Source: Alphaproteobacteria bacterium
GTDB lineage: Bacteria; Pseudomonadota; Alphaproteobacteria; GCA-2731375
DNA: 64,000 nucleotides
Reading direction: 5' to 3'
NCBI GenBank assembly: GCA_965225945.1
Contig: CBDDBZ010000031.1
Location: 201,561 to 265,560, forward strand
Each line of letters starts with the position of its first letter. Position 1 is the stretch's first letter. The position numbers and the translations under genes were made by a program. Of the stretch, positions 38,438-48,757 are shown piece by piece. The notes beneath the pieces were generated by a model, which did not search any database, was not told the DNA's origin, and saw only the letters and a program-made list of their open reading frames with translations.

Positions 38438-40009
38438 TCACTCCTCGTCCTCGGTCGGCGCGCCGGGCGGGCGGGCGCCGGGGTGGGGCTCGTATTTGCC
38501 CTCCCTGAGCATGCGGCGCAACAGCTTGCCGGAGGCCGAACGCGGCATCCGGCGCACCAGGACATAGTCGCGCGGCCGCTTGAAGCGGGGAAGCTCGCTC
38601 GCCAGGTAGGCGCGATCCAGGCGCCCGGCGTCGACCTCGCCGTCCGCTGGCACGACGAACGCCACCACGCGCTGGCCCAACCGCTCGTCGGGCAGGCCGA
38701 CCACCGCGACGTCGGCGGCGAGTCCGGCGCGGAGCGCCACGTCCTCGACTTCCTCGGGGTGGATGTTTTCGCCGCCGGAGATGATCATGTCGTCGACCCG
38801 GCCGAGGATGAAGAGGTCGCCGTCGGCGTCCTTCCGGCCCAGATCGCCGGTGTAGTACCAGCCGCCCCGGATCGCCTTGGCGTCGGCCGCCGGCAACCGC
38901 CAATAGCCGGCGAAGGCCTCGGGCGAGGACATGGCGGCGATGATCTCGCCGCATTCGCCCGGCGGCAGGACCGCATCGTGATTGGGCGCGCCGTCGCTCT
39001 CGGCCGGCACCACGCGGATCGTCTGATTGAGCCCCGGGCGGCCGGCCGAGCCGGGCTTCTGGTCCAACCAATCGCAGAAGCTGAAGGTGTAGATTTCGCT
39101 CGATCCGTAATAGTTGACGAAGCGTTCGGGCCGGAAGACCTCGGCGCAGCGCTCCTCCAACGCTTGCGCCATGACCATCCCGGCGTAGCCGACGTGGTAG
39201 AGCGAGCCGAGGTCGCTCGCCTCGAGCCTCGGCGCGCGCACCATGTCGTGGAACATGGTCGGCACCAGGAACAGGCTCTGGACCCGCTCGCGATGGATCA
39301 GCGCCAGCGCTTCGGCCGGGTCGAAGGCGGGCATGGCGACGTAGGTGCCGCCCAGCAGGGCCGTGGTCACCAGCACCCGGAGCCCCATGATGTGGAACAG
39401 CGGCATTACCCCCAACGACGAAGTGCCGAAGGGAAGGCGGTGGTGGGCGATGTGGGCCCAGGAGCCGGCCAGCTCGTTCAGATGGCTGCGGGGCACGCCC
39501 TTGGGCCGCCCGGTGGTACCGGAGGTGTAGATCATCAGCGCCGTCGCGCCCGGCTCGGCAACGAACGGTTCCGTCACGGCCGGCGCCTCCAGCAGCGAAT
39601 CGAAGGCCGGCCCCGCGCGCCCCGCCGTGATCGAACGCGCGCCGTCGAGACCCGCCTGGGCCGCCGCCTCCGGCGCCCCGTCGCCCGAGGCGTCGTCATA
39701 GGCCACCGCCGCCGCCTCGCAGTCCTTCAGGCAGTAGGCGATCTCCGCGGCCGAGCCGCGCCACGAGATCGGCGTCAGGACCAGGCCCAGGTGCTGCGCC
39801 GCCCAATACAGGCTCGCCATCTCGAAGCCGTTGCGCATCACCACGCCCAGATGCTCGCCCGGGCGGAGGCCGAGCCCGGCCAGGCCGCCGGCGAGCCGAT
39901 GGACGAGCGCGCGCCATTCGGCGAAGCCGAGGCGGCGCCCGGCGTCGACGATGGCGAGATCGTTCGGCCGGCGGGCCACGGCATGCTCGAACGCTCTCGC
40001 CAAGTTCAT
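38438..40009 (-). CDS. Acyl-CoA ligase, HmfD-like (furoate-CoA ligase)
   Basis: YTSGTTGRPKG, YGSSE, TGDLG and GRVDDMIISGGENI. Confidence 0.8.
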   Translation of the reverse strand: MNLARAFEHAVARRPNDLAIVDAGRRLGFAEWRALVHRLAGGLAGLGLRPGEHLGVVMRNGFEMASLYWAAQHLGLVLTPISWRGSAAEIAYCLKDCEAAAVAYDDASGDGAPEAAAQAGLDGARSITAGRAGPAFDSLLEAPAVTEPFVAEPGATALMIYTSGTTGRPKGVPRSHLNELAGSWAHIAHHRLPFGTSSLGVMPLFHIMGLRVLVTTALLGGTYVAMPAFDPAEALALIHRERVQSLFLVPTMFHDMVRAPRLEASDLGSLYHVGYAGMVMAQALEERCAEVFRPERFVNYYGSSEIYTFSFCDWLDQKPGSAGRPGLNQTIRVVPAESDGAPNHDAVLPPGECGEIIAAMSSPEAFAGYWRLPAADAKAIRGGWYYTGDLGRKDADGDLFILGRVDDMIISGGENIHPEEVEDVALRAGLAADVAVVGLPDERLGQRVVAFVVPADGEVDAGRLDRAYLASELPRFKRPRDYVLVRRMPRSASGKLLRRMLREGKYEPHPGARPPGAPTEDEE

Positions 40010-40155
40010 GTGGCGTTACCTTCCCCCGTCGATCGGGGCCGATAATGGCCGGAGCGGTCGGATCTTGTCACCTGCCGGCGGGCACGCATTCCCTTCCGCC
40101 CCGATCCGCACTAGCCTGGGCGCCGAGGGATCCGATCGAGAGGGGAGTCAGGGCG

Positions 40156-40941
40156 ATGGGTGGCGAGCGAATCGAGCGCGCGGCGGCGGCGCTGTACGCG
40201 GCCTGGCAAGGCGGGCCCAGCGTGGCGCTGCCCAACGACGACGTGGCGCCGGCGGACATGGCGGAGGCGATCCGGATCCAGGACGCGCTGGTCGCCAAGC
40301 TCGGCCATGAGGTCGCGGGTTGGAAGCTCGGCGCCTCCAGCCGGGCGGCGATGGCGGCGGCGGGGATCGAGGGGCCGATGTCGGGGCGTCTGTTCCGCCA
40401 CATCCTGCACGAGGACGGCGCGCGCTTCCCGGCGAAGAGCTTCCGCGCCCCCATCCTGGAGGCCGAGTTCGCCTTCCGCATGGCCGCCGATTTGCCGGCG
40501 CGGGAGGCGGCATACGGCGAGGGCGAAGTGCTCGACGCCGTGGCCGAGATGATCATGGGCGTGGAGGTCGCCGACAATCGCTATGCCGCCACGCCGCCGA
40601 TTCCAATGCCCTTCCTGACCGCCGACAACGCGGCGACCGGCGCCTATGTCGTGGGCGGCTCGGTCGCGGACTGGCGCGAGATGGATTCGACCACCATCGA
40701 GGCGACGCTCGAGGTCGACGGCGAGGTGGTGGGGCCATCGCTCTCCGGCGAGGCGCGCTGTGATCCGAAGTGGGTCCTGGTCTGGACCGCGAACGCGCTT
40801 TCGGGCCGGGGGCTCGGCCTCGGCGCCGGCGACCTGGTGACCACGGGCACGGCCTGTCAGGCGGTGCCGGGCGGCGCCGACATGGACATCGTCGCCCGCT
40901 TCCAGGGCCTCGGCGAGGTACGCCTCGCGATCGAGAGCTGA
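40156..40941 (+). CDS. 2-keto-4-pentenoate hydratase (FAH superfamily)
   Basis: AGWKLG, EAEFAF, EVADNRY, ADNA and GDLVTTGT. Confidence 0.88.
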   Translation: MGGERIERAAAALYAAWQGGPSVALPNDDVAPADMAEAIRIQDALVAKLGHEVAGWKLGASSRAAMAAAGIEGPMSGRLFRHILHEDGARFPAKSFRAPILEAEFAFRMAADLPAREAAYGEGEVLDAVAEMIMGVEVADNRYAATPPIPMPFLTADNAATGAYVVGGSVADWREMDSTTIEATLEVDGEVVGPSLSGEARCDPKWVLVWTANALSGRGLGLGAGDLVTTGTACQAVPGGADMDIVARFQGLGEVRLAIES

Positions 40942-40951
40942 GTTCCGGGCC

Positions 40952-41833
40952 TCACTCCAGGTCGCGGAGGAAGGCCCGAATCGCCTCGCCGATCTCGGCC
41001 GGCGAATCTTCTTGGATGAAGTGGCTGCCCTTTACCGTGACCTCGCGCTGGTCGGGCCAGTCGCGGCAGAACTCCCGCTGGGCGCCGATCAGGATGGCGC
41101 CGGGCTGGGCGTTGATGAAGAGCTTCGCCGGCCCGCCGGCCGCGAGCCATTGGGAATAGGCGCCGACGATCGCCACGACGTCCGCCGGCTTGCCGTCGAT
41201 CGGGATTTGGCGGGGCCAGGTGAGGGTCGGCCGGCGGCTCTCGCCCGCCTCCAGATAGGGCTTGCGGTAGACCGCCATCTCCGCCTCGCCGAGGCCCCGG
41301 AGCACGCTCGCCGGCAGGATCCGTTCGACGAAGAGGTTCTTCTCCAGGACCATCTCCTCGCCCGCGGCCGAGCGCAGGGCCCGGAAGATCTCGCGCGCCG
41401 GCTCCGGCCACTCGTCCCAGGTCACGGGGCGGACGAGCGCCTCCATATAGGCGATCGCGTGCACGCTCGCGGGGAAGCGGTGGGCGCGATGGAAGCCGAG
41501 GGCCGAGCCCCAGTCGTGCACCACCAGGGTGATATCCCGCTCGAGACCCAGCGCCTCGAACCAGGCGTCGAGATAGCGGGCGTGCTCGGCGAAAGTGTAG
41601 CGGCCGTCGGCCGAACGGCTCGACTCGCCCATGCCGATCAGATCCGGCGCCAGGCAGCGGCCGTGGCCCCTCAGCTGCCCGATGACGTTGCGCCAGAGAT
41701 AGGACGAGGTCGGATTGCCGTGCAGCAGCACGATTGGCGCTCCCTCGCCCTCGTCGACATAGGCCATCTCGCCGTCGAGCACCGCGACGCGGTGGCGGGC
41801 ATATGGGTCGGCGGCGGAAATCGTCTCGGTCAT
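40952..41833 (-). CDS. dhaA: Haloalkane dehalogenase (DhaA/LinB-type)
   Basis: HGNPTSSYLWRN, VVHDWGSALG, AYME, RRPTLTWPRQIP and GSHFIQED. Confidence 0.88.
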   Translation of the reverse strand: MTETISAADPYARHRVAVLDGEMAYVDEGEGAPIVLLHGNPTSSYLWRNVIGQLRGHGRCLAPDLIGMGESSRSADGRYTFAEHARYLDAWFEALGLERDITLVVHDWGSALGFHRAHRFPASVHAIAYMEALVRPVTWDEWPEPAREIFRALRSAAGEEMVLEKNLFVERILPASVLRGLGEAEMAVYRKPYLEAGESRRPTLTWPRQIPIDGKPADVVAIVGAYSQWLAAGGPAKLFINAQPGAILIGAQREFCRDWPDQREVTVKGSHFIQEDSPAEIGEAIRAFLRDLE

Positions 41834-41921
41834 GATGGTTGCTTCCCACGGCGTCGAAGTGGCGCGCTACATACCATGTGGCGTGGCGAGGCGTCGCGCG
41901 CGACGCGGAGGGGAGACGAGG

Positions 41922-42068
41922 ATGACGATGGACGCCGAGCGACCGCCGTCGGGGCTCACGGTGGTGGAACTCGGCGGCAACATTGAGGGACATCCCCGAA
42001 ATCCGACCTTGAGCACAATAGGCTTTTTCCGTGCATTTCTGAAAGTGGGCCATTACCATGGTCCCTGA
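41922..42068 (+). pseudogene. Possible N-terminal remnant of a family III CoA-transferase
   Basis: Strong RBS, then MTMDAERPPSGLTVVELGGNI (like PLxGxxVxExxxxIAGP), then abruptly AT-richer unrelated sequence. Confidence 0.4.
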
Positions 42069-42391
42069 GGCTGACCAAAAATGCATCACCGGTAAAGGTG
42101 AGAGCCCGAACGAACGATGGGAGGGGGAGTTCGAATCAACCATTCTTGCCAGCGTTCCGCGGTCCACGCCATCGCCCGAGACGGGCGGCGGGCGGCTTGG
42201 AATGTCACGAGGGGATGGCGCCTTCTCCCCTCGCGGCGGGTGAGAATGGGTTACGGGGGGACGGAAGAGAACAACGGCGCATCGGAATTCCTTGACGGTG
42301 GCCCCGCGACATCTCGATGGGGGTTCGCCACGGTCCGATCGGGCCGCCGAGGTAGACCTAATCAAGAGACACCAAACCGGGAGGCTAGACC

Positions 42392-44035
42392 ATGAGCAAA
42401 AAGACATCGAATGGAGAGTTGGACACTGGGTTGAGCTATGACGACCTTGGCACCAACGACAAGAATTTCATCGCCCGGGCCCTGAGCCGTGGCGCCTCGC
42501 GCCGTCAGGTCATGGGCTGGCTAATCGCCTCGGGCGCCACCATCGCGGCGGCCGGCAGCATCGTCACCCAGGCGGGCAAGGTTCTGGCGGCGACGCCGAA
42601 AAAGGGCGGCAGGATCAGGTTCGCCTCCGACTTGCACGGCCCACCGGATACCCTCGATCCGGGTCTCAACACCTCGACGATCGACTACACGCGCGGCCGC
42701 AGCAACTACAACAGCCTGTGCCAGATCAATGACGATCTGAGCACACGGCCCGAACTGGCCGAGGAATATTCGGCCAACGCCGACAATACAGAATGGACCT
42801 TCAAACTCCGCAAGGGCGTGAAGTTCCATGACGGCAGCCCGTTTACGGCCGATGACGTGATTTACACCATGTCACGCCATTACGGCGAAAAATCCACCTC
42901 GACGGCGAAGACGCTGGTGGCGGACGTGAAGGAATGGAAGAAAGTCGACAGCCATACGGTCAAGGCGATCATGATCGGCCCGAACGCCGACCTGCCGGTG
43001 ATCCTCGGCACGGCCCAGTTCAAGATCATCAAGGACGGCACGACGGATTTCCAGAAACCCGTCGGCACGGGGCCGTTCAAGCTCAAGGAGTTCAAGCCCG
43101 GCGTGCGCTCGGTTCATCTGCGCAATGACGACTATTGGCGGGATGGTCCCAACGCCGACGAGCTCGAGATTTTCGCCATTACCGACAAGGTAGCTCGTAC
43201 CAGCGCCCTGTTGTCCGGCGATATCGACCTGATGCAGGCGCTCGATCCAAAGGCCATCAAGCAGGTCGAATCGACGTCGGGGGTCGGTGTTTGGTCGGTT
43301 GCTTCCGGCGCCTATTTTGGCATTTGCGCCATGCTCACGTCGTCCCCGGGCAACAACCGCGACTTTGTCCTGGCCCTGAAATACAGCCAACGCCGCGACA
43401 AAATCGTGAGATCGATTTTGAAGGGTCAGGGCACGGTCGGTAACGATCACCCGATCAATGTCGCTTATGGCGCGGACCATTGCTCCGAGTTGGCGGTGCG
43501 TCCACATGACCTCGACAAGGCCAAATTCCATCTGAAGAAATCCGGCATTACCACGGCCGAGTTGCATGTGGCGGAAGTGGCGCCGGGCATGACGGACATC
43601 AGCTTGATGGCTCAGCGCGAAGCTCAAAAAATCGGCCTCGACATGAAAATCAAGAAGGTGCCGAACGACGGCTATTGGGGTGCGGTGTGGATGAAGACGC
43701 CGCTCAACGTGGTCACCTGGAACATGCGTCCGACGGCCAACGTCATGCTCAATCTCGCCTTCGCACCCGATGCGCCGTGGAACGACACGCTGTGGAAGGA
43801 CGAACGCATCGGCAAATGGTTGCTGGATGCCCGCAAGGCGACGGACCCGGCGAAGCGCCATGAAATCTACTGCGCCATGCAGACCCTCATCAGCGAAGAA
43901 AGCGGCATGATCATTCCGGCCCACCGCAACTATGTCGACGCCAAGTCCGACAAGATTGAAGGTATCGGCCGCATGCCGCTCGGTTCTCTGGGCGGCTATG
44001 AATGGCCTGAATTCGCCTGGCGGACCGACGCCTAG
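42392..44035 (+). CDS. Family 5 ABC substrate-binding protein (twin-arginine-like leader)
   Basis: SRRQVMG, PKKGGRIR, WTFKLRKGVKFHDG and VPNDGYWGAVW. Confidence 0.92.
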   Translation: MSKKTSNGELDTGLSYDDLGTNDKNFIARALSRGASRRQVMGWLIASGATIAAAGSIVTQAGKVLAATPKKGGRIRFASDLHGPPDTLDPGLNTSTIDYTRGRSNYNSLCQINDDLSTRPELAEEYSANADNTEWTFKLRKGVKFHDGSPFTADDVIYTMSRHYGEKSTSTAKTLVADVKEWKKVDSHTVKAIMIGPNADLPVILGTAQFKIIKDGTTDFQKPVGTGPFKLKEFKPGVRSVHLRNDDYWRDGPNADELEIFAITDKVARTSALLSGDIDLMQALDPKAIKQVESTSGVGVWSVASGAYFGICAMLTSSPGNNRDFVLALKYSQRRDKIVRSILKGQGTVGNDHPINVAYGADHCSELAVRPHDLDKAKFHLKKSGITTAELHVAEVAPGMTDISLMAQREAQKIGLDMKIKKVPNDGYWGAVWMKTPLNVVTWNMRPTANVMLNLAFAPDAPWNDTLWKDERIGKWLLDARKATDPAKRHEIYCAMQTLISEESGMIIPAHRNYVDAKSDKIEGIGRMPLGSLGGYEWPEFAWRTDA

Positions 44036-44051
44036 GTATAAAAAAACAACG

Positions 44052-44082
44052 ATCCGCTGGCCTGATTTTCAGGCCAGCGGAT
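44052..44082. terminator. Hairpin after the binding-protein gene
   Basis: atccgctggcctga-ttt-tcaggccagcggat, with an A-run upstream. Confidence 0.6.
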
Positions 44083-44152
44083 AACTAACTTGCCGTCGAA
44101 GAGCAAGAACGAGTTTGCGTGCCGATGAGGCCGGGGGAGAAGGGGCGAGCCC

Positions 44153-45100
44153 ATGCACCGCATGGTCATTCAACGCATTTTGATCGGCTTCGTCACCTTG
44201 TGGGTGGTGTCGGTTCTGGTTTTCGCCGGGACGTCGATCCTTCCGGGCGATGTGGCCCAAATCGTTCTCGGGCAAACCGCGACACCGGAATCCCTGGCGG
44301 CCTACCGGGCTGAACGCGGGCTGGATCAACCGCTCATCTTCCAGTATTTCCAATGGCTCGGCGGGATGGCGACGGGCGATCTGGGAACCTCGAAGGCCGG
44401 CGGCGCCGCCATATCCAGCCTTATCGACGGGCGGTTGGGCAATACCATGTACCTTGCGGCGGTTGTCGCGGTCATATCCGTGCCGCTCTCGGTCGCCCTC
44501 GGTTTGCTTGCCGCCATGTATCCCGGAACATGGGTCGACCGGGTGTTGACCTTCGGGACCTTGAGCCTGATCTCGGTGCCCGAATTCTTCATCGCCACCT
44601 TCCTGGTGCTGATCCTGGCGGTGCACCTGAATTGGCTGCCGGCCATCGCCTACATGAGCGGCGATGAGAGTTTGTGGAAGCTGATACGGGCGCTGGCCAT
44701 GCCGATCCTGACGCTCACCATCGTGGTTTCGGCGCAGATGATCCGCATGACCCGGGCCGGCATTCTCAACGTGATGAATTCGCCTTATATCGAGATGGCG
44801 ATCCTCAAGGGCGTGCCGCGCCGGCGCATCATTCTGCGCCATGCTTTCTTCAACGCCATCGGCCCGATCGTCAACGTGGTGGCCTTGAACCTGGCCTATC
44901 TGGTCAGCGGCGTCGTCATCGTCGAGACCATCTTCGCCTATCCCGGTCTCGCCAAGCTGATGATCGACGGCGTGCAGACGCGGGATCTGCCCTTGGTACA
45001 GGCCTGCGCGATGATTTTCTGCGGCACATATGTGGTGCTGATCCTGACCGCCGACATCGCCTCGATCATGTCGAATCCGAGACTTAAGAATCCGAGATAG
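44153..45100 (+). CDS. Peptide ABC permease
   Basis: PGDVA, YIEMAILKG and ETIFAYPGL. Confidence 0.92.
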   Translation: MHRMVIQRILIGFVTLWVVSVLVFAGTSILPGDVAQIVLGQTATPESLAAYRAERGLDQPLIFQYFQWLGGMATGDLGTSKAGGAAISSLIDGRLGNTMYLAAVVAVISVPLSVALGLLAAMYPGTWVDRVLTFGTLSLISVPEFFIATFLVLILAVHLNWLPAIAYMSGDESLWKLIRALAMPILTLTIVVSAQMIRMTRAGILNVMNSPYIEMAILKGVPRRRIILRHAFFNAIGPIVNVVALNLAYLVSGVVIVETIFAYPGLAKLMIDGVQTRDLPLVQACAMIFCGTYVVLILTADIASIMSNPRLKNPR

Positions 45101-46018
45101 GTGGCCGCGATGACCGACACCACGAGCGAGCCGACCGCCGCCGTCAAGGACGACATCGACCGCTTCGACGAATTGCCCGACGCGCCGCCCAAGCGGCGGC
45201 TGGAGCTTTCCTGGGTCGGCAAGATCGCCACCGCGATCGTCGTTTTCTGGGTGCTGATGGCCCTCTTCGGCCAATTCGTGGCGCCGTACCACGAAGCCGA
45301 CATGATCGCCGACGACGAGTATATGCCCATGACCAGCGAATTCTGGCTCGGCACCGATTACATCGGCCGCGACACGCTCTCGCGCATCCTGTGGGGCGCG
45401 CGCACCACCATCGGCATTTCCTTCGTGGCGACCATCTTGGCCTATATGGCGGGCATCACGCTGGGGATCGCCGCGGCCGTGCGCGGCGGCTGGGTCGACA
45501 TGGCCATCAGCCGGGTGAACGATGCCATCCTGGCCTTGCCGACGATCATGCTCGGCCTGATCGTGATCGCCGCGTTGGGCTCCTCCATTCCCATACTGAT
45601 CGGCACGGCGGGGCTGATCTACGCCACCAGCGTCTTCCGCATCGCCCGGGCGCTGGGTCAGGACATCATGGTGCAGGATTTCGTCGAGGCCGCTCGCGTG
45701 CGCGGCGAGACCGTCTGGTGGATCATCTTCCGCGAGGTGCTGCCCAACGCGGCCATGCCGCTGGCCACCGATTTCGGCCTCCGCCTGGTCTTCGTCATCC
45801 TGTTCATATCCAGCCTCAGTTTCCTCGGGCTGGGCGTGCAGCCGCCGACGGCGGATTGGGGCAGCATGGTGCGGGAGAATCTGGTCGGCCTGGGCTACGG
45901 CTCGTTTTCCTCGATCTGGCCCGCCCTGGCCATCGCCACGCTGACGATCTCGATCAACCTGATCGTCGACGACATTTCCGCCAAGGCCGGCGGCAGCCTA
46001 GCAAAGAAGATGGTGTGA
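45101..46018 (+). CDS. Peptide ABC permease
   Basis: WLGTDYIGRD, DFVEAARVRGE and QPPTADWG. Confidence 0.92.
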   Translation: MAAMTDTTSEPTAAVKDDIDRFDELPDAPPKRRLELSWVGKIATAIVVFWVLMALFGQFVAPYHEADMIADDEYMPMTSEFWLGTDYIGRDTLSRILWGARTTIGISFVATILAYMAGITLGIAAAVRGGWVDMAISRVNDAILALPTIMLGLIVIAALGSSIPILIGTAGLIYATSVFRIARALGQDIMVQDFVEAARVRGETVWWIIFREVLPNAAMPLATDFGLRLVFVILFISSLSFLGLGVQPPTADWGSMVRENLVGLGYGSFSSIWPALAIATLTISINLIVDDISAKAGGSLAKKMV

Positions 46019-47910
46019 TGAGCGAACTGCTGGAAGTCAGAGACCTCGAGATCCAGGCCCGCAAGGACGACGGGACGCCCATTCCCATCGTCAAGGGGGT
46101 GAGCTTCGACGTCAAGAAGGGCGAAGTGGTGGCGCTGATCGGCGAATCCGGGTCCGGCAAGACCACCATTTCCCTCGCCGCGCTGGCCTATGCCAAGCCA
46201 GGTCTGGAATTCTCCGGCGGCGAAGTGCGCTTGCACGACGAGGATGTGCTGACCATGGCCCCGCTGAGCCAGCGCAGTTTGCGCGGCCACCGGGTGGCCT
46301 ATCTGGCGCAAAGCGCGGCGGCGACCTTCAACCCGGCCATCACCATCGGCGAGCAGGTCACCGAGTCCGCCGTCCTGCATGGCGTGCTCTCGCAGGCGGA
46401 GGCCACCGAGCGGGCGACGATGCTTTACCACGCGCTGGAATTGCCCGATCCCAACCGCCTCGGCCGACGCTATCCCCATCAGGTTTCCGGCGGTCAGTTG
46501 CAGCGGCTGATGGCGGCGATGGCCTTGGTCGGCCGGCCGGACCTGTTGGTTCTGGACGAGCCGACCACCGCGCTCGACGTGACCACCCAAATCGAGGTTC
46601 TCAAGGCCTTCAAGAAGGTGATCAAGGAGGAGGGATCGGCCGCCATCTACGTGACCCACGATCTGGCGGTGGTGGCGCAGATCGCCGACCATATCGTCGT
46701 GCTCTACAGTGGCGAGGTGCAGGAGCAGGGGGCGACCGATAAGATCATCAATCATCCGACGCACGCCTATACCAAGCGCCTGATGGCCGCCGTGCGGCCG
46801 ACGCCGGCGGCGGGCCAGGGCGACGAGCTGGACGACACCCACGCACAAGAAACAGCACAGCTACGGGTCTCGAACCTGACGGCGGGCTACGGCGGCATCG
46901 TCAACGGCAAGCCGGCGATCACCGTGTTGCGGGATATCAACGTCAAGGTCGAGAGGGGCCACGTGGTCGGCGTGATCGGGGAATCCGGTTGCGGCAAGTC
47001 GACCCTCGCCCGGGTCATGGCCGGCATCCTGCCGGCCGCCGAGGGCGAGGTGGTGCTGGACGGCGATAGGCTCAAGCCGGCGCTCCGGCAGCGCTCGCGG
47101 GACGAATTGCGCCGGGTCCAGTTCGTCTTCCAGATGGCCGACACGGCGCTCAATCCCCGTCAGCGGATATCCGAAATTTTGGGCCGGCCGATCGAGTTTT
47201 ACCGCGGCATCCGGGGCCGCGCGAAGCGGCTCGAGGTGGCCGAGTTGTTGAAGATGGTGGAATTACCGATCGAGTTCGAGAGCCGCTATCCCCAGGAGCT
47301 TTCGGGCGGTCAAAAGCAGCGCATCAATCTGGCCCGGGCGCTGGCCGCCAAGCCGGACGTGATGCTTTGCGACGAGGTCACCTCGGCGCTCGATTCGATC
47401 GTCGGCGCCAACGTCATCCGCCTGCTCAAGGATTTGCGCGACAAGACCGGCGTGTCCTTCGTCTTCATCAGCCACGATCTCTCGACCGTGGCCACCTTCG
47501 CGGACGAGATCGTCGTGCTCTATGCCGGCCGGGTGGTCGAGCAAGGACCCGTCGATCAAGTGTTGTCGCCGCCCTACCACCCCTATACCCGGCTGTTGAT
47601 CAGCTCGGTGCCGGAGATGCGCATCGGCTGGCTCGAGGACACCATGGAGAAGCGGGAGATGGCGGTCGGCATCGCCCGGGGGGTGGAGATCACCGACACG
47701 GGCTGCCCTTTCTTTAACCGCTGTCCGATCGCCATCGAGGGCACCTGCGACACCGAGACGGCGCCAAACCGCGAACCCTCGCCAGGGCACATCATCGCCT
47801 GTCACCGCACCTTGGAGGAAGTGCAGGAAGCGGAGGACATGCCGCAGCAAATCCTGCATGGCTTCGAAAAAATCGCGCCGGACGACACCAAGGGGCGCGC
47901 GGCGCACTGA
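46018..47910 (+). CDS. Fused double ABC ATP-binding protein
   Basis: Two Walker A motifs (GESGSGKT, GESGCGKS), two signature motifs and C-terminal GCPFFNRC. Confidence 0.93.
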   Translation: MSELLEVRDLEIQARKDDGTPIPIVKGVSFDVKKGEVVALIGESGSGKTTISLAALAYAKPGLEFSGGEVRLHDEDVLTMAPLSQRSLRGHRVAYLAQSAAATFNPAITIGEQVTESAVLHGVLSQAEATERATMLYHALELPDPNRLGRRYPHQVSGGQLQRLMAAMALVGRPDLLVLDEPTTALDVTTQIEVLKAFKKVIKEEGSAAIYVTHDLAVVAQIADHIVVLYSGEVQEQGATDKIINHPTHAYTKRLMAAVRPTPAAGQGDELDDTHAQETAQLRVSNLTAGYGGIVNGKPAITVLRDINVKVERGHVVGVIGESGCGKSTLARVMAGILPAAEGEVVLDGDRLKPALRQRSRDELRRVQFVFQMADTALNPRQRISEILGRPIEFYRGIRGRAKRLEVAELLKMVELPIEFESRYPQELSGGQKQRINLARALAAKPDVMLCDEVTSALDSIVGANVIRLLKDLRDKTGVSFVFISHDLSTVATFADEIVVLYAGRVVEQGPVDQVLSPPYHPYTRLLISSVPEMRIGWLEDTMEKREMAVGIARGVEITDTGCPFFNRCPIAIEGTCDTETAPNREPSPGHIIACHRTLEEVQEAEDMPQQILHGFEKIAPDDTKGRAAH

Positions 47911-47951
47911 CCTCGCGCGGGGTCGCGGCGCGGCACGGGGGAGCAAGCCGA

Positions 47952-48395
47952 ATGATCAAAACGATTCTGATTGCCGTCGACGGCTCCGAGCATTCGCAAA
48001 AATGCGTCGAGTTCGGCGCCACCGTCGCCGCGGGCGTAGACGCCTCGGTCACGCTGCTGCACGTGGTCAAGCCCTATCAGCTGCCCGAGAGCTTCAAGGC
48101 CTTCGCCAAGGCCGAGCATATGGCGACCCTCGACGCCGACTTGCTCAAGAAGGGCGCGCAATATCTGCTCGCCAAGGCGCTGGATGCTGCCCGCGCGGCC
48201 GGCTGTCACGACGTCGAGATCGAATGCGAGGAAGGACCGATCGCGCGAACCATCGTCGCCCGCGCCGCCTCGAAGGGCGCCGACATGATCGTGATCGGCT
48301 CGCGCGGCATGGGCGACGTCGAGGGCCTGCTGCGCGGCGGCGTATCCCACCGGGTCGAGATCCTGGCCAAATGCCCGGTGCTGGTCGTCAAATAG
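47952..48395 (+). CDS. Universal stress protein
   Basis: ILIAVDGSEHS and DMIVIGSRG...GGVS...CPVLVVK. Confidence 0.93.
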   Translation: MIKTILIAVDGSEHSQKCVEFGATVAAGVDASVTLLHVVKPYQLPESFKAFAKAEHMATLDADLLKKGAQYLLAKALDAARAAGCHDVEIECEEGPIARTIVARAASKGADMIVIGSRGMGDVEGLLRGGVSHRVEILAKCPVLVVK

Positions 48396-48757
48396 TCGCA
48401 CCTCGGACATCGAACGACGCGAAGTGACGGGTTACCTCCCGCTTCGCCACCCCTCGCGCCCGCTCGGAGAGCCGGCCGGCGCTGAACGCGGCGCCGGCCG
48501 AGGTGATGGGCCGCGATAGCCGGGCCGCGTGGCGCCGGTGCTCAGCCGACGACTTCCGGATCTTCCCGCCGGAGGCGGGCCGTAAACAGGGCTGAATTCC
48601 AGCGCTTTCGCGCCGATGTCGCGGAGGGACGATGGCCCTGTCGGTGGCGGGACAGTTCTTGCGCCGGAGAATTTACCGCCTCATCATATCGATGGGAATT
48701 TGGGCTGTTCGACATCTTTTAGGGAGGCATACCGGTCAAAGCCGGGCGATGTAAAGA

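Noticed and set aside
37688-40045. Long antisense ORFs (785 aa here; also 11712-14003, 50474-52696 and others)
   Set aside because: They are antisense to well-supported genes, have no motifs, and are expected in high-GC DNA.
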